The notes beneath the pieces were generated by a model. The model was not told the DNA's origin. It did not search any database and saw nothing but the letters and a program-made list of their open reading frames with translations. Positions 50,946 to 60,242 of a stretch of 64,000 nucleotides of DNA are shown piece by piece. Source of the stretch: an uncultured Acidobacteriota bacterium (GTDB lineage: Bacteria; Acidobacteriota; Terriglobia; Bryobacterales; Bryobacteraceae); assembly GCA_963799805.1 (NCBI GenBank), contig CAWCYF010000001.1, positions 835,179 through 899,178 of the forward strand, given 5' to 3'. Made by a program: the position numbers and the translations under genes. Positions within the stretch are counted from its first letter, which is position 1, and each line of letters starts with the position of its first letter.

Positions 50946-52563
50946 TGATCACACGGAAGAACGGAACCGAAGCGGCGGGCGCCGGCCTCGAGGTCGATGC
51001 AAAAGTGCCCTCGCCGGCTCTGGCGCGCTCAGTTTCACTGCACCTGGATGGAAAACGCAAGGACGCGCTTCGGGAGCTGAACACCGCCATCGAGAAGGGC
51101 GAGGAAACACCCGAAGTATTCACCGCGAAAGGCCACATCCAATTCGAGCTGGAGCAGTATGAAGAGGCTATCAGGACCTATGAAAAGCTGCTCGCGCTTG
51201 CGCCGCGCCACTCCACCGCGAATTTCAATTTGGGCATCTGCTATGAGAAGCTGGGGCGCTGGCAGGATGCCGCTCATGCGTTCCAAAAGACATTGGATGC
51301 CGATCCGCGGCGCGAGGAAGCGCAATTAGGGCTCGGCATCTGTCTGCTTCACCTTGAAAAGCCGGAGCCGGCTCAATCGTCTCCTTCGATAAGGTTCTCG
51401 CTCGCGACGCCGATCATGAAACGGCGCTGTTCGGCAAGGCTGTATCGCTGCAATTGCTCTGGAAGTTTGACGAAGCTACCGCTTTGTATGCGAGAATCCT
51501 CGAAAAGAGTCCTCAATCCGAGGAATGCCTGACGAATCTGATCACCATCGGCATCGCGCGCAAGGATTACGAGGCCATCCAGCAATATTCGGAGCGCCTA
51601 CTGGGGATTCGGCCGATCTCGCAGGCAGCTCTCGAAGGGCTTGCGACTTGCGCCTTCCATTCCAATGACTATGACGCAGCCGCGAGTTTTTGCGCCAAGC
51701 TGGTGGAGTTCACGCCCGATAATTTTGAGCGCTGCTTTAACCTGGGGGTGGCGGAGCAGAAGCGCGGGAAGCTTCCGGAAGCGGCGCATGCCTACTCAGA
51801 GGCGGTACGCATTCGTCCAGACGCCAAGCAGGCCCACGTAAATCTCGGCATCGTGCGGCAGGAGTTGTGCGAATTGAAACCGGCCCGCGAATCCTACGAG
51901 AGGGCTCTTCAGATCGCTCCCGACCTGACCGACATCATGTACAATCTGGCCAGCGTTCTCGAGCAGCAGGGCGAAAAAGACGGCGCCGAGCGGCTCTATG
52001 TGAAGCTGCTGGCGCGCAATCCGGAGTGGGAAGATGCCTGGTTCCGTCTGGGCTATCTGCGGCTGCAGCGCGCGGATTATCGGGCCGCCGCCGAGGCGCT
52101 CCAGGCGTGTGTCCGCAAACGTGCAGCCTGGCCCGAGGCGCAGTTGAACTTGGGCCTTGCTTACTGGAATATGGGCGATCATGAAAGCGCTGCGAAAGCG
52201 TTTGAGAGCGTCCTCGCGGCCGATCCGCTCTCGATTGACGCCATGCGCGGCTTGGCGGCGCTCGCGGTCGAGCGCGAGGATCTGGACCGCGCTCTCGACC
52301 TTCAGGCCAAGCTGATCGAGCTGGGCGAGCGCACCCCGGAGCTGTTCTATAATACCGGCCTCCTGCTCCAGAAATCGGGGCAGATCGAGGACGCGATCCG
52401 CCTCTATCAGGAAGCTCTCGCTGAACGCCCCAATTTCGCCGAAGCGCTGCTCAATTTGGGTCATGCGATGAAGGCGCAGGGCGACCTCGAGGGCGCGCGC
52501 CTTTACTGGCGCCAGGCGCTCGAGCAGAAGCCCGGGCTAGCCGCGGGGTACTTCGAGCAATAG
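50945..52563 (+). pseudogene. TPR repeat protein, one frame switch near 51380
   Basis: ATG at 50945 overlaps the preceding stop. ORF 50891.. and ORF 51454..52563 join as ...HLEKPEPA / SFDKVLARDADHETALFGKAVSLQLLWKFDEA... More than 12 TPR-like 34-aa units are present. Confidence 0.8.
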
Positions 52564-53217
52564 ACGCTTTTCGTCAAGAACCAGATCCGCCAGCGTGCGC
52601 GGATCGTCGACGATGAAATCGGGCGGCTCCGCGGCAAACGTTTCGGGTTGAAAGCCCCAACTGACTCCGCAGGCGCGAACTCCGGCATTGCGCGCCGTGT
52701 GAATATCGACCGCACTGTCTCCCACCATAATGGTGCGCGCGCGATCCGCGCCGGATTCCGCGACCAGACGGTCGATCCCCATCCGGTGCGGCTTTTTTTC
52801 CTCGAAGCTGTTACCGCCATAGACGCGGAAAAAGTGCGTCTCTAACGCCAAGCCTTCGAGCAGCCGCACGCTGAAGCGTACCGGCTTATTCGTGAGCACC
52901 GCCATCGGGATTCCGGCGCGGTACAGGCGATCGAGAGCCTCCCGCACCCCGGGATAGAGCGTGGTTGAGTCGAGCATGTGCTCGCGATAATACTCGAGGA
53001 AATATTCAAGCGCACGGGTCACCTCGGCTGCGCTCGCTTCCGGTAGTGCTCGGCGCATCAGCACCGGAGCGCCGTTGCCGACATAGGAATAGATGCGCTC
53101 ATCGGCGAGCGGCGGCAGCCGCATCCAGCTCCGCGTCGCGTTCACAGAGTCGGCCAGGTCGCGCTTGGAATCGATCAGAGTGCCGTCCAGATCGAAGATC
53201 AGCAGATCCGGTTTCAG
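52537..53217 (-). CDS. HAD-superfamily hydrolase (phosphoglycolate phosphatase-like)
   Basis: The track ORF starts at GTG 53145, but the frame continues upstream through the HAD motif I ([16 protein letters not shown]). The only in-frame candidate start there is CTG 53217, overlapping the cvpA stop. Motifs VLTNK and MVGDSAVD are present. Confidence 0.7.
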   Translation of the reverse strand: MKPDLLIFDLDGTLIDSKRDLADSVNATRSWMRLPPLADERIYSYVGNGAPVLMRRALPEASAAEVTRALEYFLEYYREHMLDSTTLYPGVREALDRLYRAGIPMAVLTNKPVRFSVRLLEGLALETHFFRVYGGNSFEEKKPHRMGIDRLVAESGADRARTIMVGDSAVDIHTARNAGVRACGVSWGFQPETFAAEPPDFIVDDPRTLADLVLDEKRLLLEVPRG

Positions 53218-53792
53218 CTCTCCACCTTTCTCAGGTCCGGTTCTCTCTTGCGAGGCTTCTTTTTCAATTGCTCATCCCAGGCTCTGCGGATATCGCCCAT
53301 ACTCTCGCGGAATGCCTCTTTGATCGGATTGGGGGCAAGCCTGGAGCACAGATTCGAGGCGTCGATCGCGTAGGGCAGCACCTTGGAATCCACCATCCAG
53401 GGCGGCGTAGGCTTGGGCGTGAACGCGAGCAGCACGGCGACGAATGCGATCGCGATGAGGCTGCCGCGCACCAGGCCGAACGCTCCGCCCAGCAGCCGGT
53501 CTATCCATGAGAGCCGGGTCCACTTGAATACCGTCGCAAGCAGTTTTGCAAATAGAGCTCCAAGCAGGACGCACGCGAAAAAAACCAAAAAGAAGCCCAG
53601 CAGGTTGGACGCGGTGGCCGAGCTCAGATGCCGGTGAATCCACTCGGCGGGGATGCCGTAAAACCAGAAACCGAACAGGATTCCGGTAATTACGGCGATA
53701 AAACCGATCCCGGCTCGCGCGAACCCGGCCATGAATCCGGTTGCGACCGAGGCGGCGACGATGACCAACAACAGCAGATCCAAAAGGTTCAC
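53214..53792 (-). CDS. cvpA: CvpA-family membrane protein
   Basis: 192-aa [31 protein letters not shown] and four hydrophobic helices are typical of colicin V production protein homologues. Confidence 0.8.
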   Translation of the reverse strand: MNLLDLLLLVIVAASVATGFMAGFARAGIGFIAVITGILFGFWFYGIPAEWIHRHLSSATASNLLGFFLVFFACVLLGALFAKLLATVFKWTRLSWIDRLLGGAFGLVRGSLIAIAFVAVLLAFTPKPTPPWMVDSKVLPYAIDASNLCSRLAPNPIKEAFRESMGDIRRAWDEQLKKKPRKREPDLRKVES

Positions 53793-54674
53793 AAATCTTT
53801 CCCGGTGAGGACGCGATAGGCTTCTCTATACTTTTCGCTAGTGCGCCGGGCCACTTCGTCCGGTAAGGCGGGCGCGGGAGGCTGCTTGTTCCATGCTATC
53901 GATTCGAGATAATCGCGCACGTATTGCTTATCGTAAGAAGGCTGCGGGCCACCGGGCGAATAAGTATCGAGCGGCCAGAATCGCGAGGAGTCCGGCGTCA
54001 GAACTTCATCTGCGAGAAGGATCTGCTCCCCCGCCGCATCGCGGACCAAGCCGAATTCGAACTTCGTGTCGGCAATGATAATGCCGCGAGAGCGAGCGTA
54101 TTCCGCGGCGCGGGTGTAAATGGCGAGTGTCAGATCGCGCAGGCGCGCGGCCAGGCGGTCCCCGATCGTGGAGCAGACGCGCTCGAAAGAAATGTTTTCA
54201 TCGTGGCCGCTCTCTGCCTTCGTAGCCGGCGTAAAAATCGGCTGTGGAAGCGCTTCGCTCTCGCGCAGGCCCGCGGGCAAGGCAATTCCGCACACCGCGC
54301 CAGTTACGCCGATACTCGTTCCAGCCGGAGCCGGCCAGGTAACCGCGCGCCACACATTCGATCGGAACCATATCGGCGCGCCGCACCCACATAGAGCGCC
54401 CTTCGAATTCGGGCGGCAGGCCGCTGACATCCGTGCTTAAGAAATGGTTGGGGATCATGTCGCGCAGAAAATCGAGCCAAAACAGCGTCATCTGCGTCAG
54501 CACGCGTCCTTTATCGGGGATGCCGGTGGCAAGAATGTAATCGAAAGCGGAGATGCGGTCCGTAGCGACGATCAGCAGACGATCGCCGTCCTCATAGATA
54601 TCGCGCACTTTTCCCCGCCCGCGCAGCTGCAGGCCGGGCACATGCGTTTCGAGCAGCACACTGTTCCGGGTCAT
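53789..54674 (-). pseudogene. purC: phosphoribosylaminoimidazole-succinocarboxamide (SAICAR) synthase, one frame switch near 54300
   Basis: [25 protein letters not shown]...[14 protein letters not shown] is followed, after the switch, by [22 protein letters not shown]...[11 protein letters not shown]...[14 protein letters not shown]. Confidence 0.9.
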
Positions 54675-54718
54675 ATTAGTTTGGATTGCCAATCCCAATT
54701 ATACTGAGGTATTCGTGA

Positions 54719-56132
54719 ATGCTTCTTTCGATCCTGATCCCGGTCTACAACGAACGCACAGTGGTCGAGCGTAGCCTTTCGCTGGTGCTGGCGGCCCCAT
54801 TACCTGAGAACATGGCGCGGGAACTGATCGTGGTCGACGACTGCTCAACCGATGGAACATCGGAAATATTGGAGCGCCTGGCGGCACGCGAATCGCAAAT
54901 CAGACTGCTGCGCCATGCGGTGAATCAGGGCAAGGGCGCGGCGCTGCGCACAGCCATTCAAAACGCAGCGGGGGACTTTTGTCTGGTTCAGGACGCCGAC
55001 CTCGAATACGATCCCTCCGAGTATGAGAAGCTTCTGCGTCCCCTGCTGGACGGGCACGCCGATGCGGTGTTCGGCTCCCGATACATGGCGGGCGAGCAGA
55101 CCCGCGTCCTGCCGTTCTGGCATTCCATGCTCAACAAGGGTCTCACGGTCGTGTCGAACATGTTCAGCAATCTAAACGTCACCGACATGGAGACGTGCTA
55201 CAAAGTATTTCGCACGGATTTGCTGAAGAGCATTCCGATCCGCTCCAATCGCTTCGGTTTCGAGCCGGAAATCACCATGAAGGTCTCCAAGCGCAAGCTG
55301 CGGGTGTACGAAGTTCCGATCAGCTATCACGGGCGCACTTATGAGGAAGGAAAGAAGATCGGATGGCGGGATGGGATCAGGGCGCTGGGCGTCATCTTTT
55401 ATTTCTGGCTGATCGACGATCTTTACGTCGCCACTTACGGCCGGGGATTACTCAATAACCTGACCGGAACGCCGCAGTATTTGAGCTGGCTGACGCGCGT
55501 GCTCCGGCCCCACCTGGGCGATACGGTGCTCGAGATCGGAGCGGGGCTCGGCAATTTGACCGGACGGCTGATGGCGCGGAAGCTGAACTACGTTGCCGCC
55601 GAGCATGACCCGCTGTATCTGCATGCGCTGCGGAATCGCTTTCTGCGCACTCCCAATGTGACGGTCTGCCAGCTCGATCCGGAAAATCCGGCGGACTACG
55701 CGCCCTGGGCAGGGAAATGTGAAAGCGCGCTGTGCGTGAACGTGCTCGAATCCGTGAAAGATCCCGCGGCTGTGCTCGCATCCTTGCGCGCCTGCCTGAA
55801 GCCCGGGAGGAAACGTCGTCGTGCTGGTGCCGCAAGGCCCGGCCTTATACGGATCGCTCGACCGCGCCATGGGCCACCAGCGCCGATTTTCCGCAAGCCA
55901 GATCGGGGAGATTCTGGACCGCGCCGGATTTCGCGTGGAATATCTTCACCAGCTCAATAAAGTCGGCACCGTGTCGTGGTGGATTTACGGAAAGCTGCTG
56001 GGCCGCAAACGCATCCCTAAGCCGGCATTGAAGCTGTTCGACAAAACGGTTTGGATCTGGCGCCGCATCGACGGAGTGCTGCCGTGGCGGGGGCTGTCGC
56101 TGGTCGCAGCCGCGCGCAAACGGGAAGAGTGA
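54719..56132 (+). pseudogene. GT2 glycosyltransferase fused to a class-I SAM methyltransferase-like domain, one frame switch near 55810
   Basis: GT2: LSILIPVYNE...VVDDCSTDGT...VQDADLEYDP...FGFEPE. Methyltransferase: VLEIGAGLGNLT...LKPGG / VVVLVPQGPALYGSLD. Confidence 0.8.
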
Positions 56133-56137
56133 TAGCG

Positions 56138-57187
56138 ATGCAGGCGCTGGCTCTTGATTTCGAAACGCGAGCTCTGGTCTGGCGCGATGCCGACGAGCCG
56201 GAGTTCTTTGCGGGCCGCGACGTTCTGTTTCGAGTGCACGAAGTGGGCGTGTGCGGCACCGACCGTGAGTTGGCGGCGTTCCGGATAGGCAAGCCGCCTG
56301 AAGGCGAGACTCATCTGGTGCTGGGACATGAGGCTCTGGGGCAGGTGATCGACGTGGGCCCAGCCGTTGTCTCCCTGAATCGTGGCGATTGGGTGGTGCC
56401 GATGGTACGCCGCGGCTGTCACCCGCCGTGCGACTCTTGCGCGGCCGGCAGGCGCGATCTCTGCACCAGCGGCCGGTATACGGAGCGCGGTATTGTCGGG
56501 CTTCACGGTTATTACACCGAGCGCGCCGTCGATTGTGAAGACGATCTGGTGCGCGTGCCGCCAGCGCTGATTGGCTTCGGCATTCTGATCGAGCCGCTCA
56601 GCGTGGCCGAGAAAGGGATTGCCCGCGCCGTCCGCGTACATGAAGGCGAGCCTGGCCGCGCGCTGGTGCTGGGCGCCGGCACGCTCGGCACGCTGGCGGC
56701 CCTGGTTCTAAAGCTTCGCGGCTACCGGGTGCGGGTGCATTCGCTCGAACCGGCCGATCATCCCCGCGTGAAGCTGCTCGCGCTCCAGGGAATCGAGTAT
56801 GAGCCGGCGCTCTCCTGTGAACCCGCCGATATCGTCGTCGAGGCTACCGGCTCGGGCGAGTTGACTCTGGCCGCATTGGCGCGCATGGCGCCCCTCGCGG
56901 TGATGGTGTTGCTGGGGGCGGCGGATGCGGCCGGTGCGGTGCCCTTCCGTCAAATGATCGTCAACAATCAAACTGTTATCGCGAGCGTAAACGCAAATCG
57001 GGACGCTTTTCGCGCCGCTGTCGCGGACCTGGCGCGATTCGATCAGCGTGTACTGGCGGGGTTGATCTCGCGGACGCGATTTGCGCAGATCAAACATAGC
57101 CTGACCAGCCCGCCGCAAACCGCGGCAAAGCTGGTGCACGTCCTCTCCGATGGAGAGTCGCGCACTCGCACGGCGCGATCCCGTTGA
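56138..57187 (+). CDS. zinc-dependent medium-chain dehydrogenase (glucose/threonine dehydrogenase-like)
   Basis: Motifs VGVCGTDRE, GHEALG, CDSCAAGRRDLC and VLGAGTLG are present. The start is taken at the internal ATG 56138 (MQALALDF), just after the upstream gene. Confidence 0.85.
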   Translation: MQALALDFETRALVWRDADEPEFFAGRDVLFRVHEVGVCGTDRELAAFRIGKPPEGETHLVLGHEALGQVIDVGPAVVSLNRGDWVVPMVRRGCHPPCDSCAAGRRDLCTSGRYTERGIVGLHGYYTERAVDCEDDLVRVPPALIGFGILIEPLSVAEKGIARAVRVHEGEPGRALVLGAGTLGTLAALVLKLRGYRVRVHSLEPADHPRVKLLALQGIEYEPALSCEPADIVVEATGSGELTLAALARMAPLAVMVLLGAADAAGAVPFRQMIVNNQTVIASVNANRDAFRAAVADLARFDQRVLAGLISRTRFAQIKHSLTSPPQTAAKLVHVLSDGESRTRTARSR

Positions 57188-57226
57188 CTAAATCGCAGAA
57201 TCCAACACAGGAGACATTTTAGAGGC

Positions 57227-58187
57227 ATGACTAGCATCAAGAGAAGATATGTGGTCACTGGCGGGGCGGGATTCATCGGCTCGGCTCTGGTCCGGCGGCT
57301 GCTCGAGGATGGCTCGTTCGAGAATGGGTCGGTCGCGGTCATCGATAATCTCCTGACGGGCCACGAACGCAATCTGGACGAAGTGCGCGACCGCATCGAA
57401 TTTCATCGCGCCGACATTCGAGACGCGGCTGCGATCGCGCCTTTAATTCGCGGTGCGGAGGTGGTATTTCATCTGGCGGCGATTCCCTCCGTGCCCCGCT
57501 CCATCGACGATCCGGTGCCCTCGCACGAGGTGAATATCGATGGAACCTTCAACGTGCTTCGCGCGGCCGCCGAGGGCGGAGTCCGGCGAGTGGTCTATGC
57601 GGCGTCGTCCTCGGCCTATGGCGACAGCGAGACTCTGCCGAAAGTTGAGACGATGATCGCCGCGGCCCAAATCGCCCTACGCCGTGCAGAAGCTGTTAGG
57701 CGAATATTACGCCTCGGTGTTTTACTCCTGCTTTCAATTGGAGACCGTATCGCTGCGTTTCTTCAATGTTTATGGGCCGCGCCAGGATCCCTCTAGCCCC
57801 TATTCTGGTGTGCTTTCTCTATACATGAAGCACCTGCTCGCGCACACATCGCCCACTATTTTCGGCGATGGCGAGCAATCGCGGGACTTCACTTACGTCG
57901 AGGATGTCGCCGCATTATGTTTGAAGGCCGCTCGTGCGCCCGCCGCAGCGGGCAAAATGTACAATGCGGGTAACGGCGGCAGATACACGCTGAATTTCAT
58001 CTGGAATCTGCTTCAAAAAATGGAGGGTGTTCAGATTCCCGCGAAGTACGGTCCGCCTCGGACGGGTGACGTGCGGCATTCCATGGCCGATACGACGGCG
58101 GCCGCGGCCGAGCTTGGGCACGCGCCCCAATTCACCATCGAAGAAGGATTGAAAAGGACACTCGAATGGTACCGCCAGGAGGGATAA
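57227..58187 (+). pseudogene. NAD-dependent epimerase/dehydratase (UDP-sugar 4-epimerase-like SDR), one frame switch near 57655
   Basis: VTGGAGFIGS...ASSSAYG is followed, after the switch, by SPYAVQKLLGE (YxxxK)...RFFNVYGPRQ. Confidence 0.85.
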
Positions 58188-58249
58188 GAGGCGGGCGTCC
58201 ACGCCTGGGCGGGCATGGGGCGCCGCGCCTGCGGACGCCCGCGAGTCCG

Positions 58250-58660
58250 GTGAAAAAGCGGGTGCTGTTCGTCTGCATCGGAAACTCCTGCCGCAGCCAG
58301 ATGGCGGAAGGTTTCGCGCGCGCGTATGGATCGGATGTAATGACCGTGCAAAGCGCGGGCCTGAGTCCGGCGGCGATGATCGCTCCGCTGACCAGGCAGG
58401 TGCTCGCGGAGCGGAACATCCATATTGACGATCATTTTCCCAAAGCGCTGGATTCGTTTTCGCAGATGCCGTTCGACATCGTCGTCAATATGAGCGGCGC
58501 GAAATTGCCGCTGCCCGCTGCCCGCGCGGTGGAGTGGCCGGTTCCCGATCCGATCGGACAGAAAGACGGAAGTTTACCGGTCCGTTGCAGCCCAGATCGA
58601 GGGATTGGTGATGCGGCTGATTCTCGAATTACGCGTCAGGCGTGCGCGCTTAAGCATTGA
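58250..58660 (+). pseudogene. low-molecular-weight phosphotyrosine phosphatase / ArsC-like protein, 3' end disturbed near 58578
   Basis: A GTG start is followed by VLFVCIGNSCRSQMAEG (CX5R P-loop). The conserved C-terminal helix (EVYRSVAAQIEGLVMRL) is in another frame, which then reads without a stop through the tRNA. Confidence 0.75.
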
Positions 58661-58703
58661 CTTGAGCGCAGGAGTCTCCGAGAATGGAAATAGCCATCGA
58701 CGT

Positions 58704-58790
58704 GCGGATATGGCGGAATTGGCAGACGCGCATGGTTCAGGTCCATGTTCTCGCAAGGGAGTGGAGGTTCAAGTCCTCTTATCCGCACCA
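58704..58790 (+). tRNA. tRNA-Leu (anticodon CAG), type II with long variable arm, CCA encoded
   Basis: The acceptor GCGGATA pairs with TATCCGC. The anticodon stem-loop is CATGG-TTCAGGT-CCATG. The variable arm is TTCTCGCAAGGGAGT, the T-arm is GGAGG-TTCAAGT-CCTCT, and ACCA is terminal. Confidence 0.95.
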
Positions 58791-58821
58791 GCAAGACTAG
58801 ACAGGGCTGAAAGACAGCGAT

Positions 58822-59376
<555 letters not shown>

Positions 59377-59442
59377 TACGGAAGAGTACCTTGCAGGTCG
59401 AGAGAATACGTAAGCAGCCCACGTCGTGTAAGGCGCCGGGCG

Positions 59443-59631
59443 TCAATCCATTTCGATCGGCAAATGTTCCGACCGTAGGATAGCCGCTTCTTCAAGGGTA
59501 AGCAGCTCGGGTTCAGGGGCGCTTTCCCCTTCCTTGCGTTGCATCCGCTTGGCAACCTTGTCGCGCTGTTTTTCAACGCGGGCGAGTTCTTTCTGGCGTT
59601 TTTTGAATGTGGTATGTGATCGTGAAGCCAT
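59443..59631 (-). CDS. small charged hypothetical protein (62 aa)
   Basis: An internal ATG at 59631 is preceded by AAGGAGGGGAG. The product is MASRSHTTFKKRQKELARVEKQRDKVAKRMQRKEGE... Confidence 0.55.
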   Translation of the reverse strand: MASRSHTTFKKRQKELARVEKQRDKVAKRMQRKEGESAPEPELLTLEEAAILRSEHLPIEMD

Positions 59632-59768
59632 AAAATCTCCCCTCCTTAATCCTTGCCGTTTGGATTGGACCCGGTCTGCACCGGGATCGAACTCAAGTCT
59701 CGCCGAGAGAGCTGCGAGCATCTGGGTTAGCGCCTTCGCGCCCGCTGCAATTAGCGCGAATTAAGAGA

Positions 59769-60107
59769 CTACCAACGAGGCTCGCGCCGTTGCCTGGGTC
59801 CGCCGCCGTCGCGTCCGCCCCGGAAGCCACCGCCACCCGGTCTCCCGCCCCCGCCACCGCTGGTCTTGGGACGAGCTTCATTGACATTCAGCGCTCTGCC
59901 GCCTACATTCGAGCCATTCAGAGCGTTAATAGCCTTGTCCGCTTCCTCGGAGTCCGTCATCTCGACGAACGCGAAGCCGCGCGACCGTCCCGTGTCGCGG
60001 TCCGTCATCAGACTAACGCGTTCCACAGTTCCGTATGCTTCGAACAGCGAGCGGATCGTATCTTCGGTCGCGCCGAAGTCCAGGTTACCTACAAAAATAT
60101 TTTTCAA
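59769..60107 (-). CDS. RRM-type RNA-binding protein with Gly/Arg-rich tail
   Basis: A TTG start follows AAGGAGAG. RNP2 is IFVGNL and RNP1 is RGFAFVEM. The C-terminal tail is GGGGGRPGGGGFRGGRDGGG. Confidence 0.9.
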   Translation of the reverse strand: MKNIFVGNLDFGATEDTIRSLFEAYGTVERVSLMTDRDTGRSRGFAFVEMTDSEEADKAINALNGSNVGGRALNVNEARPKTSGGGGGRPGGGGFRGGRDGGGPRQRREPRW

Positions 60108-60242
60108 GAGTCTCTCCTTACTATTTGAAAGCAGCGATCCGAGGCAGGAGCATAAACTGAGCCAGGTTAGCGGGCAATCAAACGGCACCTAAAGTGTAGC
60201 AGATTTTGGGACTCGGCGCTCAACTGGTGTAGCATACCAGCT

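Noticed and set aside
28582-58660. Programmed ribosomal frameshifting or recoding as the explanation for the split genes
   Set aside because: There are far too many sites, in unrelated housekeeping genes. Both +1 and -1 senses occur. They lie at ordinary homopolymers, without shared slippery heptamers or downstream structures. Indel error or decay is far more likely.
60194-60234. 8-bp direct repeat GTGTAGCA spaced 33 nt apart upstream of gene 60243
   Set aside because: A single 8-mer pair is too short to exceed chance in a 64-kb window. There is no supporting conservation evidence.
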